Assembly: GCA_045803545.1 (NCBI GenBank) | Contig: JBJMOW010000005.1 | Span: 1,440,001 to 1,504,000 of the forward strand | Reading direction: 5' to 3' | Source: Gemmatimonadaceae bacterium | GTDB lineage: Bacteria; Gemmatimonadota; Gemmatimonadetes; Gemmatimonadales; Gemmatimonadaceae | DNA length: 64,000 bases | Translations under genes and position numbers: made by a program | Notes under the pieces: generated by a model | Databases searched by the model: none | The model's input: the letters and a program-made list of their open reading frames with translations, nothing else | Told to the model about the DNA's origin: nothing | Shown here: positions 49,625-60,784 of the stretch, piece after piece | Position numbering within the stretch: the first letter of the stretch is position 1 | Layout of the letters: every line of letters starts with the position of its first letter

Positions 49625-50518
49625 ATGAGAGACCTGATGGGAATACGACTCGCCGGCGCCGCGGCGGTCATTGCGCTCAGTGCGTGCGCAACGATGACCG
49701 TCAACCAGGCGAGCGAGGAAGCGGCGATACGCGCCGCAGAGGCCGAGTACATGGCGGCGTTCAATGCGCACGACGCCAATCGACTCCTCGCGGTTCACAC
49801 GCCCGATGCGGTTCTGATGGTGGCCAACGCCCCGTTGTCGACGGGTGCTACCGCTATGCGAAGCTCTTTCAGCGACCTCTTCAGCCAGGAATCACCGACA
49901 CTGAGCTTTACACCGACGAGGATCGAAGTCACGAGCCCGACGACCGCGTACGATTATGGGACTTACACCCTCAATCTCAATACGCCGCAAGGCCAGGTGA
50001 CTGATCGCGGCAACTATACAACGCTATGGCGCAAAATCGACGGTCAGTGGCGAATTGCTCTCGACGCTCCGGTAACGTCGACACCGATGCCGATGGCGGG
50101 CGCAACCGCAATGGCGAGTCCAATGTATCCGCCTGACGTCCAGATAGTGTCCAACAGCGGTCTCGCCTGGAACGCCTTCACGCCGCCGGGCTTCGATCCC
50201 GGAATGAAGCTCGCCGTCATCAGCGGTGATCCGAGCAAGGCTGGTCCGTACACGGTGCGACTGCAGTTCCCAGCCGGTTACAGATTCCCGGTGCATTGGC
50301 ATCCCAGCGCCGAGAACCTGACCGTTGTCTCGGGAACGTTCCAGCTTGCGATGGGAAATACCGCCAACTGGAGCGCGCTCCGGAATTACGGACCCGGCGA
50401 CTACCTATATATCCCGCCGCGTCACTCTCATTTTGGCGGCAGTCCGTCCACCGGTGCATCGGTAATTCAGCTGCACGGCATGGGTCCATTCCAGGTGATA
50501 GTCGGCCCGGGAATGTAG
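49625..50518 (+). CDS. Lipoprotein: DUF4440/SnoaL domain fused to a cupin domain
   Basis: Lipobox LSAC; GNYTTLWRKIDGQWRI; cupin GDPSK.G.Y..R...HWHP..E...H. Confidence 0.85.
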   Translation: MRDLMGIRLAGAAAVIALSACATMTVNQASEEAAIRAAEAEYMAAFNAHDANRLLAVHTPDAVLMVANAPLSTGATAMRSSFSDLFSQESPTLSFTPTRIEVTSPTTAYDYGTYTLNLNTPQGQVTDRGNYTTLWRKIDGQWRIALDAPVTSTPMPMAGATAMASPMYPPDVQIVSNSGLAWNAFTPPGFDPGMKLAVISGDPSKAGPYTVRLQFPAGYRFPVHWHPSAENLTVVSGTFQLAMGNTANWSALRNYGPGDYLYIPPRHSHFGGSPSTGASVIQLHGMGPFQVIVGPGM

Positions 50519-50547
50519 GCGCAACGGCAGTCCAGGTTGACCTTGAG

Positions 50548-50583
50548 CGAGCCTCCGCGTCCCTGCGGAGGCTCGTTTTTTTT
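50548..50583 (+). terminator. Intrinsic terminator
   Basis: CGAGCCTCCGC-loop-GCGGAGGCTCG followed by T8. Confidence 0.88.
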
Positions 50584-50622
50584 GCGGCCGCCCGGCTGGG
50601 AGTCGCTGATGACTGAGCCCGC

Positions 50623-52216
50623 TCAAAAGCGCGATCCGGCGAGCTTGACATCCGCGTTTGCCCAGGCTTTCTGAAGTCTCTCCTCTGCTTGAGCGGCTTG
50701 ACCAATCCTCCCCTGTGCCCGCAACGCCAGCGCGAGTCCATAAAGCGACCAGCCGTTCTCCGGAAAGCGCTTGAGATCTTCCTGATAAACCGTCTCTGCT
50801 TCTCCAGGATGATTGCCTTTGAGCAGCGCCGCGCCGAGTGACTGACGCAGCGGATAGTACCAGCGTGGCGGCTCATTATAGACCAACGAGTCGTCAATTG
50901 CGACCGCCTGACGGAAATGCGAAACAGCGTCGTCAAACTTTCCGCTGCGAGCGGCGATCTCTCCCATCAACGCGTGCATCGCAATCGAAGTTACCGGCTT
51001 GGATCCGTTGTCCGCCGCGGTCCCAGCATCGATCGCCTTTACAGTGTCGAGCGCCGTTTGCGCCCTCGCGAAATCGCCCATCGCTGCCAACGCGATGCCT
51101 CGTGCGTAGTACGCCAACGCCGTGCGCACGCGCGTCTGCGACGGCGGCAACGGCTCGGCGAGAACCTCGTTCCATCGTCCGAACGTGGTCAACATCAGCG
51201 CGTGATACGGCATCACCTCCTGCCACATCTCGACAGCACTCGGGCCCGCGGCCTCGATTTTGTCGCTGAGCGTTTTCGCCCGCTGAAATCGCGTCTGCAC
51301 TCCGCCCAGCCAGCATCGCGGCGAACGCCAGAAAGTGAATGTTATGCGGGTAGTACATCATTGAGTAGAACGACGGCTCTTTCTGCCCCTCCATGAACAT
51401 TTCGTCCGTGTGGACCGCGTGAACGTTGCTCGACACGGCATCGTTGTACCGACCAACACGGATGTAAATGTGCGCGGGCATGTGGACCATGTGTCCTTCG
51501 CCCGGCATCAGCGACGCGAGCCGCTCGGCGCACGGAACAGCGAGCTCGGGATGAACCGCCTCGACTGCATGTATATAGTAGTGGCAGGCACCCGGATGAT
51601 TCGGATTCCTGGCAATTACCGACTCGAGCTGTCGAACGATTTGATCCGTGCCCGGATACGGTTGCCCGTCGAGTGTCCAGTAATTCCACGGCCGCAAATC
51701 CATCATCGACTCCGATGCAAGTGACGCCGCATCGAGATCATTCGGAAATCTCGCGGCGACGTCGCGCATGGCTCCAGCGTAGGCGGAATCGAGTTTCGCT
51801 CTGTCGTCCCGAGGAACGGCGGCGTACCGCGCGGCGATCGCGGTGGCATAAGCTTGCTGCCAGGCTGGCCTCGTGACAGCGAGCGAAAGCGCTTTCTGTG
51901 CGGCCTGGAACGCCTTGACTCCGCTAGTCGAGTCCATGCCTGCGTTGACGTGCGGGCCATAAGCGTACGCGATTCCCCACCAACACATCGCGCACGCCGG
52001 ATCCAGTTCTGCAGCGTGCGTGAAAGAGCGGATGGCTTCCGCGTGATTGAAGCCGTAGGCGAGCCGCAAGCCCTGATCGAAGTAACGCTGCGCCTCCGGA
52101 ACTGTGGTGCCGATGTCCTTGTGGTACGTGCCGAGGTTGTCGTAGAGCGGCACATTGCTTTGCGCGGAGAGCGTTGCGGCGGCGAAACAAAGAGCGGAAA
52201 TGATGAACCGAAACAT
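50623..52216 (-). pseudogene. Secreted TPR-like protein; frameshift at ~51280
   Basis: AQRYFDQGL...YGFNHAEA, HPGACHYYIHAVE, HMVHMPAHIY; the C-terminal half continues in another frame after an extra G. Confidence 0.75.
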
Positions 52217-52301
52217 CGTGACTCCTTTGGTCTCGGCATCGACATTAGGCTCGCCGCGCCCGGCACGCAAGCAACCAACGGCGCGTTATACGAAAGGTGG
52301 G

Positions 52302-54140
52302 TTATTGCTCGCGAATCTGCAGTCGAGTGTTGATTCCTGGATTCTCAAGCATCTGAACCGCGCCCCGCGGCCACTTGATCTCGATGCGGTCGACTTTGGA
52401 TTGATCTCCGAGTCCGAAGTGCAACACCTTGCTCGATTGAGCGAGATATCCGCCGGCTGGATTCACCTGGCGGATCATTACCGTATTCCCGATCCAGAGT
52501 CGGGCGACGGCACCGATGGCGTCGCGATTGCTGCGAGTTCCCGTCAGCGCGAGCTCGATGTAGTTGCGGCGCGGAAATCGATTCGCGAAGAAGTATGGAC
52601 GGTCGTTGAAGTTGTTGGTGACGATTTCGAGTCGGCCGTCTCCGCCGAAATCAGCGACTGCCGCGCTGCGTGAGCTGCGTGCCGCCTTCGTGCCGGCGAT
52701 CTCCTTTTCCTGGTACGTCCCTCCACTTGGTGGCTCGACGCCAAACATCGCCGCTCGCTCCGCGAAGGTCCCGTCGCCGTTGTTCATCATCAGCTGATTG
52801 GGCCAATAGTAGAATGGGTAGCCCATGCCCGAAGTAATGAACGCATCCTCGTGGCCGTCGTTGTCGAAGTCGCCGGAGGCGATTCCCCACGGCCAGAACG
52901 TTTCCATTCCCGCCGCAAGCGCTGTTTCCTCGAAATGTCCTTTGCCGAGGTTACGGTAGAGGGCGTTGCCGAAGAGGAATTCGTCGTACTTCTCACCGTG
53001 AACCGCGAATTCATTCCGTTCATTCTGAACGAAGCGAGCATCATTCTCGTCGCCAGTTGGGCCCCCCGGCGAGCGGAAGCGCTGATGCTGAAACTGCGTC
53101 GCCGCCGGCAACGATGCCTGATGCGAGTCGAGTCCCATCCACATGTCGGAATGCATGTCGACGACGAATAGGTCGAGACGCCCGTCGCCGTCGTAGTCGA
53201 ACACCTTCGCACCGATTGCGCCGTGTGGAGTGGCGCCCAGCGTTTCGAGCGTGACGTCGGTAAAGGTTCCATTGCCGTTGTTGCGATAGAGCTGGCCGCG
53301 GCCGAACATGCTCGGCACAAACACATCGATGAAACCGTCATCGTCATAGTCGAACACCGCGAGGTCGCCTGCCCAGCCACGACCGCGCATTCCTGCCTTG
53401 TCGGTTACGTCGGTGAAGGTGCCGTCCCCATTGTTGTGATAGAGGATGTTGGATTCGTGGGCGCTGGTCATCAGCCCCTCGAGGCTTGCCTTTCCTTCGT
53501 AATGATGATCGGCGGCATCGAGATTGTCGGTAGTCCACGCCGCGGTGTTGGCGAGAAAAAGATCGAGCCGTCCATCGTTGTCGTAGTCGAAGAACACCGC
53601 CGTCTGCGAGTGACCGACATGAGCAACGCCCGCTTTCGCGGTCACGTCCTCGAAGGTGCCATCACCGCGGTTGTGGAAGAGGACATTGCCGCCGCGGGTG
53701 GTGGTGACGAACAGATCCTGGAATCCATCGTTGTCGTAGTCGGCGAAGGTCGCGGCGACCGAGACACTGCCGCCGAGCGCCACACCCGCCCTGGCGGTGA
53801 CGTCTTCGAAGGTAGCGTCGCCCTTGTTGCGGTAGAGAGCGTTCGGACCGTGCTGATTCAGAAAGTAGATGTCGTCGCGTCCATCGCCATCGAAATCGCC
53901 GACGGCGAGCCCGGAACCGTGATCGTACAGATTGATGCGGAAACGCTCACCTTGTTCGCTGTTGAGATTGTGCATCTGAAACGCAATCCCAGCCTGCTGC
54001 GCGCGTTCCTCAAACCCAGGGCTTTTGCGCAGGCGCGCGTGGATCAAGCCATAGCCGGCAAAGGAGACGGCGGCGGCGATCGTCACTGCAAGCACGATGA
54101 CTGGAAAACTCGATCTTGTTTCGTCGGTGGCGTTGGGCAT
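52302..54140 (-). CDS. CRTAC1-like FG-GAP repeat protein with ASPIC/UnbV domain
   Basis: Repeated DYDNDG..DLF and LY.N.GDGTF.DVT; NRDAIGA...GGYLAQS..LHFGLG. Confidence 0.9.
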   Translation of the reverse strand: MPNATDETRSSFPVIVLAVTIAAAVSFAGYGLIHARLRKSPGFEERAQQAGIAFQMHNLNSEQGERFRINLYDHGSGLAVGDFDGDGRDDIYFLNQHGPNALYRNKGDATFEDVTARAGVALGGSVSVAATFADYDNDGFQDLFVTTTRGGNVLFHNRGDGTFEDVTAKAGVAHVGHSQTAVFFDYDNDGRLDLFLANTAAWTTDNLDAADHHYEGKASLEGLMTSAHESNILYHNNGDGTFTDVTDKAGMRGRGWAGDLAVFDYDDDGFIDVFVPSMFGRGQLYRNNGNGTFTDVTLETLGATPHGAIGAKVFDYDGDGRLDLFVVDMHSDMWMGLDSHQASLPAATQFQHQRFRSPGGPTGDENDARFVQNERNEFAVHGEKYDEFLFGNALYRNLGKGHFEETALAAGMETFWPWGIASGDFDNDGHEDAFITSGMGYPFYYWPNQLMMNNGDGTFAERAAMFGVEPPSGGTYQEKEIAGTKAARSSRSAAVADFGGDGRLEIVTNNFNDRPYFFANRFPRRNYIELALTGTRSNRDAIGAVARLWIGNTVMIRQVNPAGGYLAQSSKVLHFGLGDQSKVDRIEIKWPRGAVQMLENPGINTRLQIREQ

Positions 54141-54237
54141 TTGCGCCCAACGTCGTGTGTGGACCAACCCAGCACGAGCAGAGGTTGGGTGAGTGTATCA
54201 CGATGTTTGGCGAGCGGCCGGAATCTCTCGGTGGCTA

Positions 54238-54852
54238 CTAGTCTCCCGCTCGATCAAAGAGTCGCTGCGCCACCGCGTCCAGCGAGCTGCCGGCGGCTTC
54301 GAGTGCGACTGCGACATGGTAGACCAGGTCGGCCGCTTCCTCCGCGGCTTGATTGGCGTCGCCGTCGGCGAGCGCGGCGATGAGCTCACCGGTTTCTTCG
54401 CCGATCTTCTTGAGCCGGAGATTGCGATCGGTGAGCAGCTTCTTCGTGTAACTCGCTGACTTCGTCTCCACGTCTGCGACGCGTTTGGCAATTATCTTCG
54501 AGAGCGCAGACCAGGCACTTGCGGTTGCGAGCGAATCATCGAAGCACGATTGGGCACCGGAGTGGCAGGCCGGCCCCGCAGAGATAACGCGGGCGAGCAC
54601 CGTGTCGCCATCGCAATCGGCGGTGAGCGACACGACCCGTTGCAGGTTGCCGCTCGTCGCGCCCTTCCGCCACAGGCCGCGGGTGCGGGAGCGGTAATGC
54701 ATCTCGCCCGTTTTCAGGGTGAGCTCGAGCGCCTCCCGATCCGCGTTCGCAACCATCAATACCTGTCCGCTCACTGCGTCCTGTGCGACGACGACGATCG
54801 TTCCTTTGTCGGCGTCGAAGCGCAACTCATCCAGATCCAATCGCAGGGTCAT
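54238..54852 (-). CDS. hisIE: Bifunctional phosphoribosyl-AMP cyclohydrolase / phosphoribosyl-ATP pyrophosphatase
   Basis: LWRKGATSGN, DCDGD, GPACH, KKIGEE, EAADLVYH. Confidence 0.95.
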   Translation of the reverse strand: MTLRLDLDELRFDADKGTIVVVAQDAVSGQVLMVANADREALELTLKTGEMHYRSRTRGLWRKGATSGNLQRVVSLTADCDGDTVLARVISAGPACHSGAQSCFDDSLATASAWSALSKIIAKRVADVETKSASYTKKLLTDRNLRLKKIGEETGELIAALADGDANQAAEEAADLVYHVAVALEAAGSSLDAVAQRLFDRAGD

Positions 54853-55655
54853 CGCTGATCGCTCACCAGAAATTCGCGTGTTACCTCCGCGAGGTTTGCA
54901 TTGGTGGCGATGGCGTCGCCGCCGAACGACGTCGCACGACCACGCCAGTCGGTGAAAACGCCACCCGCTTCGACGATGATCGGCAGCAGCGCGGCGGCGT
55001 CCCAGTCGGAGACAACTTCGTCAACCATGATGTCGGCGCGACCGGTGGCGACGAGCAGGTAACCGTAACAATCGCCCCACGTCCGCATCGCGCCTACCTC
55101 GGTCTGTAGTCGCACCCAACGCTCGCGACGCGCTCTGTCGCGCAGAAATCTCGCGTCGGACGTAAGCAGTCGCGCGTCGGTCAGTCGATCCGTCGTCGAA
55201 ACTCGCGCGCGCGATCCGTTCCACCAGCAGCCTTGCCCCGTGGCTGCCAGAATTGTCTCGTCGAGTGCCGGGAAATACGCTGCGCCCGCGATCACGGAGT
55301 CGCCTTCCGCCACAGCGACGAGCGTTCCCCAGAGCGGCACCGATTGCAGAAAAGTGAAGGTCCCGTCGATCGGATCCAGAATCCAGCGTCGCACCGCCTC
55401 GGGTCTCGACTGCGGCAGCTCTTCGCCGAGGATTCCGTCGTCGGGAAATCTCCGCTCGATCCACTCACGAGCGGCGCGTTCGGCGTTGACGTCGGCGACA
55501 CTCACCGGCGATCCATCGCTCTTGATACGCGTCTCCGGATTCCTTCCGAAATAATTCTTCGCGACGTCGCCGGCTACACGCGCGACTTCGGCGACCGCAT
55601 CCATATATGTTTGCGTGTTGTCGGCGCCGAGTTCCAGAAGGCGAGTTTCCGTCAC
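54849..55655 (-). CDS. hisN: Histidinol-phosphate phosphatase (inositol monophosphatase family)
   Basis: [34 protein letters not shown] overlap with hisF. Confidence 0.9.
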   Translation of the reverse strand: MTETRLLELGADNTQTYMDAVAEVARVAGDVAKNYFGRNPETRIKSDGSPVSVADVNAERAAREWIERRFPDDGILGEELPQSRPEAVRRWILDPIDGTFTFLQSVPLWGTLVAVAEGDSVIAGAAYFPALDETILAATGQGCWWNGSRARVSTTDRLTDARLLTSDARFLRDRARRERWVRLQTEVGAMRTWGDCYGYLLVATGRADIMVDEVVSDWDAAALLPIIVEAGGVFTDWRGRATSFGGDAIATNANLAEVTREFLVSDQR

Positions 55656-56413
55656 GCGGCGCTCCTTACACGAATGCCCGACGCCGCCAGCGCGGACTTC
55701 ACAGCGCGAATATCGGCAGTCCCATCGTGGAGAACTCCAGCCAGCAGCGCCGCTTGAGCGCCACCGTTTACGAAAGCGGCAACGACGTCTGCCGCTGACC
55801 CGGCGCCACCGGATGCGATCACCGGTACTGACACCGCGCCCGATACCGCGGCGGTCAGCGCGATATCGTACCCCGAGCGAGCACCATCGCGATCGATGCT
55901 GGTGAGAAGGATCTCGCCGGCGCCGAGCTCGGCGCACCTGACTGCCCACTCGACGGCATCGATCCCCGTCGGTTCCCTCCCGCCGTTGATGTAAACCTCC
56001 CATCGCGCGCCTTGTCGCAGCGCATCGATGCTCCCCACGACGCACTGTGATCCGAACCAGTCGGCCGCCTCGCTCAGTATCTGTGGGCGACGCACCGCCG
56101 CGGTGTTGATGGCGGTCTTGTCGGCGCCGGCGCGCAATGCCTCCGCGATGTCATCGACCGTGCGCATTCCTCCACCGACAGTCAGCGGAATGAACAATCG
56201 CTCAGCGGTGCGTCGAACGAGGTCGAGCAGGGTGCTTCGACCTTGATCCGTCGCCGAGATGTCGAGATAGACGATCTCGTCGGCGCCCTGCATCTCGTAC
56301 CGTTCGGCAAGGACCACGGGATCGCCGGCGTCACGAAGATTCACGAAGCCGGTTCCTTTGACGACCCGCCCGTCCTTTACATCTAGGCAGGCGATCACTC
56401 TCTGCGTCAGCAT
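55652..56413 (-). CDS. hisF: Imidazole glycerol phosphate synthase cyclase subunit
   Basis: [38 protein letters not shown]. Confidence 0.96.
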   Translation of the reverse strand: MLTQRVIACLDVKDGRVVKGTGFVNLRDAGDPVVLAERYEMQGADEIVYLDISATDQGRSTLLDLVRRTAERLFIPLTVGGGMRTVDDIAEALRAGADKTAINTAAVRRPQILSEAADWFGSQCVVGSIDALRQGARWEVYINGGREPTGIDAVEWAVRCAELGAGEILLTSIDRDGARSGYDIALTAAVSGAVSVPVIASGGAGSAADVVAAFVNGGAQAALLAGVLHDGTADIRAVKSALAASGIRVRSAA

Positions 56414-56423
56414 CGCTGGTCTC

Positions 56424-57005
56424 TCATCGTGGGCGGTCGACACTGACCGCGACAGTCCCCTTGGTGCTGACCGTGTCGCCAGTATCGACGAGCGCATCAC
56501 GGAGCGCGAGGCCGAGCGCCTTGAATGCGGCTTCGACGACGTGGTGGCGATCGCGACCACGCAGTACCACGACGTGGATGGTCGCGCGCGCCTCGTTGCT
56601 GAACGATCGCATCCAGTGATCGTACAAACCGCTAGGCAGCGGTCCTTCGTAGTAACGGCGCCCGCCGATATCGACCGAAACCTGAACCAGCGCATCGTCC
56701 ATTGGGATAACACGATTGCCGTAGCGAGCGGCACCCGCAGGGACGATGTCGCGAAACGCGCGACCGACGGTAAGCGCGACATCCTCGATCAAATGGTGCG
56801 GGAGATCGCCGCGCGCCGTCACCCTCAGACCGAGTCCGGAGTAGCGGGCGAACGCGGTGAGCATGTGATCGAGAAATCGGTTGCCGGTGTCGATCGGTTT
56901 TTTGCCAGAGGCGGCTTGCTCGATTGCGCTGCTCGCGCCGTTGTCTCCCGGCAGAATCTCGACGCTGATCGATGTCTCGTTCGTCTCTCGCTTCGTCACG
57001 CCCAT
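56424..57005 (-). CDS. hisB: Imidazoleglycerol-phosphate dehydratase (monofunctional)
   Basis: [34 protein letters not shown]. Confidence 0.95.
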   Translation of the reverse strand: MGVTKRETNETSISVEILPGDNGASSAIEQAASGKKPIDTGNRFLDHMLTAFARYSGLGLRVTARGDLPHHLIEDVALTVGRAFRDIVPAGAARYGNRVIPMDDALVQVSVDIGGRRYYEGPLPSGLYDHWMRSFSNEARATIHVVVLRGRDRHHVVEAAFKALGLALRDALVDTGDTVSTKGTVAVSVDRPR

Positions 57006-57712
57006 GCGGACATTTCCTCGATGAGTGTTTGCGGATTCAGGGCACCCGTGTAGAGCGCCATGCCAACGATCGCCGCGACAGCTCCCGCGTCGGCGAGCGC
57101 GCGGATGTCGTCAATGCTTCGTACTCCACCCGAGGCCTGAACTGGAATCGTCGATCGCGCAGTGATTTCCTCGACGAGTCTGACGTCGGGGCCTTCCAGG
57201 CGACCCTCGCGCTCGACCGCCGTCACCAGAACGGCAGCGAGCGCAAGCGGCGCGAGGCATTCGACGAATTCGATCACATCGCGTAAGCTGGTTCGCGACC
57301 AGCCGCGCGAGAGCACTCGTCGCCCCGATGCATCGGCGGCAACGATGATCTGGTTTGGGTAGCGCCTCACCGCATCCTCGAGCCAGGCGCCGTCCTCGAC
57401 AGCACGTGTGCCGAGCACGACCTCTGATGCGCCGGCGTCGAGCAGCTCATCGATGGTATCGAGATCTCGCACGCCGCCACCGCACTGGAAGCTCCCCGCT
57501 CCTTGGAGGATTTCTCGAACGGTCTCGCGATTGGAGCCGCGTCCGGTGGCGGCGTCGAGATCGACGATGTGAATGCGGGAGAATCCGAGGCTTGTCCACT
57601 CGCCTGCAACGGCGACAGGATCCGCGATCCTGACGCGTTCCTCGGCGTACGATCCGCCGACGAGCTGCACGCAGGCCCCGTCGCGGATGTCGATGGCGGG
57701 AATCACTTGCAT
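56996..57712 (-). CDS. hisA: ProFAR isomerase
   Basis: VIPAIDIRDG.CVQL, HIVDLD, GGGVR, ASGGV. Confidence 0.95.
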   Translation of the reverse strand: MQVIPAIDIRDGACVQLVGGSYAEERVRIADPVAVAGEWTSLGFSRIHIVDLDAATGRGSNRETVREILQGAGSFQCGGGVRDLDTIDELLDAGASEVVLGTRAVEDGAWLEDAVRRYPNQIIVAADASGRRVLSRGWSRTSLRDVIEFVECLAPLALAAVLVTAVEREGRLEGPDVRLVEEITARSTIPVQASGGVRSIDDIRALADAGAVAAIVGMALYTGALNPQTLIEEMSAWA

Positions 57713-58377
57713 GTCATTGAATCACGCGCCGCATCGACGACTCGAATCTCCGAATCGAGGAGATCGTCGATGACGGCGTTGATGAAAGCGCGACCGGCAG
57801 CGGAGCTCTTCTCCGGGTGAAACTGGACGCCGACGGTATTGGCGCGGCGAACGACCGACGCGAAGGTCGTGTCCTGGTGCGTCGTCGATGCCAGCACGAA
57901 GGATTGATCGTCCGGGCGACAGACATAAGCATTGGCGAAATACGCCGTCTGCAACCGGCCTAATGGGGCAACGTCGTCGCGCCATTCGATGTCGTTCCAT
58001 CCCATGTGCGGCACGGTCGGAGTGCGGAGCCTGGTGACGTTGCCGGCGATGAAACCGAGACCCTGACCAGGTCCTTCCTCGCTACCGTCGAAGAGAAGCT
58101 GCATGCCGAGGCAAATGCCGAGGCACGGCAGGCCGTCCTCGAGTGCGGACGCGACGGATGGCCGCGCGCTCTGCATCGCCCGCGCCGCGGCGCCGAAAGC
58201 TCCGACGCCCGGCAGCACCAGGAGATCCGCGCTGATGGCGCGCCTCAGATCGGTCTCGACGGAGATGTCCCGATCATCTCTGGCGATGGCCTTGAGCAGC
58301 GAGTGCAGGTTGCCGGCGCCGTAATCGTAGACTGCGATTGTGCTCCGTCTGCCACCATTTATTGCGCGCGAGATCAC
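57703..58377 (-). CDS. hisH: Imidazole glycerol phosphate synthase glutaminase subunit
   Basis: DYGAGNL, LPGVGAF, LGICLGMQ, VPHMGWN, QFHPEKS. Confidence 0.95.
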   Translation of the reverse strand: MISRAINGGRRSTIAVYDYGAGNLHSLLKAIARDDRDISVETDLRRAISADLLVLPGVGAFGAAARAMQSARPSVASALEDGLPCLGICLGMQLLFDGSEEGPGQGLGFIAGNVTRLRTPTVPHMGWNDIEWRDDVAPLGRLQTAYFANAYVCRPDDQSFVLASTTHQDTTFASVVRRANTVGVQFHPEKSSAAGRAFINAVIDDLLDSEIRVVDAARDSMTCK

Positions 58378-59444
58378 GTAGCCTCCTCGAGCGCGTCGAG
58401 GAAACGATGCATCATCTCCCAAGGTCCAACCGCGACACGGATGGCGTCGCCGATGCCGCGAAGTTGCGGCAGTGCACGAACGCGGACTCCGAGCCGCTCC
58501 AGACGAGACGCGAGTGCCACGCACTCGGTGACCGGCGCGAGGAGGAAGTTTGCGGCCGACTCGAATGTGTCGATGCCGCGCATCTTCAGCTCGGCGCGGA
58601 GGCGCGAACGGTTGACGACGACTTGCTTGATTCGCTCGCCGACCCATGCGCGTTCACTGGTGAGAGTAGCAATGGCGGCACGCTCGGCGGGTGAGCTGAC
58701 CTTGTACGGTCCGCGCGCCTTCATTACCTCGGCGACCAGCTCTGGTGCGCCCACTCCGTAGCCAACGCGGAGTCCCGCCAGCCCGAACGCCTTCGACATC
58801 GTGCGCGTCACGATTACCGGCCGGCCGCTGCGGACAAGATCTACAAAGTCATCGCCACCGAATTCGACGTACGCCTGATCGATGATGACGAGCCCCGGTG
58901 CGCGCTCCACGATTTGCTCTACGCTTTCGCGCGAAAGGGCACTACCGGTCGGATTGTTCGGTGTACAGAGGTAGATGATGCGCGCACCTGACTCTACCAT
59001 CGCGTCGACGTCGACATCGAGCGAATCGGTCAGCGGAACAGCGACGGGAACGAGTCCGTTGGTGCGCGCAAAAACGGGAATCATGCTGAACGACGGATCG
59101 GGCAGGCACAGCACTTCGCCCGGCTGGGCGAAAGCGCGGATTGCAGAATCGAGCACATCATCCGAGCCGCAGCCGCACACTATCATTTCTGCAGACACGC
59201 CGACGTACCGCGCGAGTGCCTCGGCGAGTGCCGGCTCGTAAGCGACCGGGTAGCGGGCGATACTTCCATGTCGCGCCGCGGCGATCGCCCGCAACGCAGC
59301 CGGTGGCGCGCCCCACAGATTGGTGTTGTCGCTCAGATCCAGTGCGACGGTTTCGCGCGGCGCGGAGTACAGCCCAATGTCGCGATAGCCCTCGCGCAAC
59401 AGCGAAGCGATCGAATCAGCTCCTGAAGTGACGTTGGTTGTCAT
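58374..59444 (-). CDS. hisC: Histidinol-phosphate aminotransferase
   Basis: GSDD, PNNPTG, DQAY.EF, RTMSKAFGLAGLRVGY. Confidence 0.95.
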   Translation of the reverse strand: MTTNVTSGADSIASLLREGYRDIGLYSAPRETVALDLSDNTNLWGAPPAALRAIAAARHGSIARYPVAYEPALAEALARYVGVSAEMIVCGCGSDDVLDSAIRAFAQPGEVLCLPDPSFSMIPVFARTNGLVPVAVPLTDSLDVDVDAMVESGARIIYLCTPNNPTGSALSRESVEQIVERAPGLVIIDQAYVEFGGDDFVDLVRSGRPVIVTRTMSKAFGLAGLRVGYGVGAPELVAEVMKARGPYKVSSPAERAAIATLTSERAWVGERIKQVVVNRSRLRAELKMRGIDTFESAANFLLAPVTECVALASRLERLGVRVRALPQLRGIGDAIRVAVGPWEMMHRFLDALEEAT

Positions 59445-60784
59445 TGATTGACCCGGAATTCACTTCGCTTTGCCTGCGCACGCGGCGCCAGCGCCGCTGC
59501 TGCGTGCGCGGGCAGACCCTCAGCGGATGCGAGAATCGCGGTGTCACTGGCGAGTCGTTGCGCCGCTTCGGGCGTCACTTTCTGGTACGAGGTCCAGCGA
59601 ACGAAATCGAGGGTGCCGAGTCCGGAGTAGCTGCGCGCCAGACCGCCGGTGGGCAAAACGTGATTGCCGCCCGTGAGGTAATCGCCGAACACGACCGACG
59701 AAGACTCGCCGACAAACACGCAGCCGGCGTTGCGCACGTCGGGAAGCACTCGCTCCGGATCGTCGAAGGCCAGCAGCAGATGTTCGGGCGCGAATTCATT
59801 TGCGAACCGGATTGCTTCTGTTATCGACGCGGCGGTGACGAGAACGCCCGATTGTTCGAGCGCTGCACGAATTACATCGGCGCGCGGCGCATCGGTGAGG
59901 ATCTGTTCGACGGCGTTGGCGATCGACACCGCTGTCGCATCATCTATACAAATGACGACGACGCAGGCGTTCACATCGTGCTCCGCTTGCGCCACGACCT
60001 CGTGGGCGATCGTGTCGGCGTCGCAAGTCGCATCGCAAATCACCAGCAGCTCGCTCGGGCCCGCGGGAGAGTCGATCGCCACATCCCGGCACACCTGCAG
60101 TTTCGCTTCGGCGACGTAGGCATTGCCAGGCCCGACGATTCGATCGACTCGTGGAATGGTTTCAGTGCCGTAGGCCATCGCGGCGATTGCGCCTGCGCCG
60201 CCGACGGAGAAAACGCGATCTATTCCGGCGATCTCGCACGCCGCGAGAACTATGGACGCCGGGCTTCCATCACTTTGCGGCGGTGAACAGAGCACGATCT
60301 CGGCAACACCAGCGATGCGCGCGGGGATTCCCGCCATCAGTACGCTGCTCGCATACGCCGCGCGTCCGCCCGGCGCATAAATGCCGACACGCTCCAATGG
60401 ATCGGACCATCTCCCGACGGTCACACCCGGTTCCGTTTCGACTTCGACGGTCCGCGGCGGGAACGCACCGTGAAAAGACCCGATGTTCCGCGCCGCACGC
60501 TCGAGCGCGGATCGCACAGGGGGAGCAACATCATCAAGTGCCCGCCGTCGCACAGCACGCGAAACTTCGAGCGCATCGATCGACACTCCGTCGTACGCGA
60601 GCGCCATCTCCCTCAGCGCGTGATCGCCATCGCACCGGACACGCCCAATAATTCGTTCAGTCGCCTCGCGCACCAGCGAGCTGGTCGCGCTCGAGCGTCG
60701 CAGCACTGACCTGCCGTCGCCGGCGGATAACGAGCTCAGCGCGCCTGCAAATTTCCAGCAGGTGTCCTCGATTGTCTGGGTCAT
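59441..60784 (-). CDS. hisD: Histidinol dehydrogenase
   Basis: GIYAPGG, GPGNAYV, AGPSE, QAEHD, APEHL, GDY..G.NHVLPT. Confidence 0.96.
   Translation of the reverse strand: MTQTIEDTCWKFAGALSSLSAGDGRSVLRRSSATSSLVREATERIIGRVRCDGDHALREMALAYDGVSIDALEVSRAVRRRALDDVAPPVRSALERAARNIGSFHGAFPPRTVEVETEPGVTVGRWSDPLERVGIYAPGGRAAYASSVLMAGIPARIAGVAEIVLCSPPQSDGSPASIVLAACEIAGIDRVFSVGGAGAIAAMAYGTETIPRVDRIVGPGNAYVAEAKLQVCRDVAIDSPAGPSELLVICDATCDADTIAHEVVAQAEHDVNACVVVICIDDATAVSIANAVEQILTDAPRADVIRAALEQSGVLVTAASITEAIRFANEFAPEHLLLAFDDPERVLPDVRNAGCVFVGESSSVVFGDYLTGGNHVLPTGGLARSYSGLGTLDFVRWTSYQKVTPEAAQRLASDTAILASAEGLPAHAAAALAPRAQAKRSEFRVNQ

Noticed and set aside
53223..54383. 386-aa plus-strand ORF (also 41206-42150, 28831-29748, 26476-27318, 23828-24556)
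   Set aside because: Shadow ORFs opposite well-supported genes, with no recognisable motifs
55656..56045. Long N-terminal extensions of hisN (and similarly hisF, hisH)
   Set aside because: They overlap upstream his genes; internal starts give normal lengths and, for hisN and hisH, stop/start overlaps
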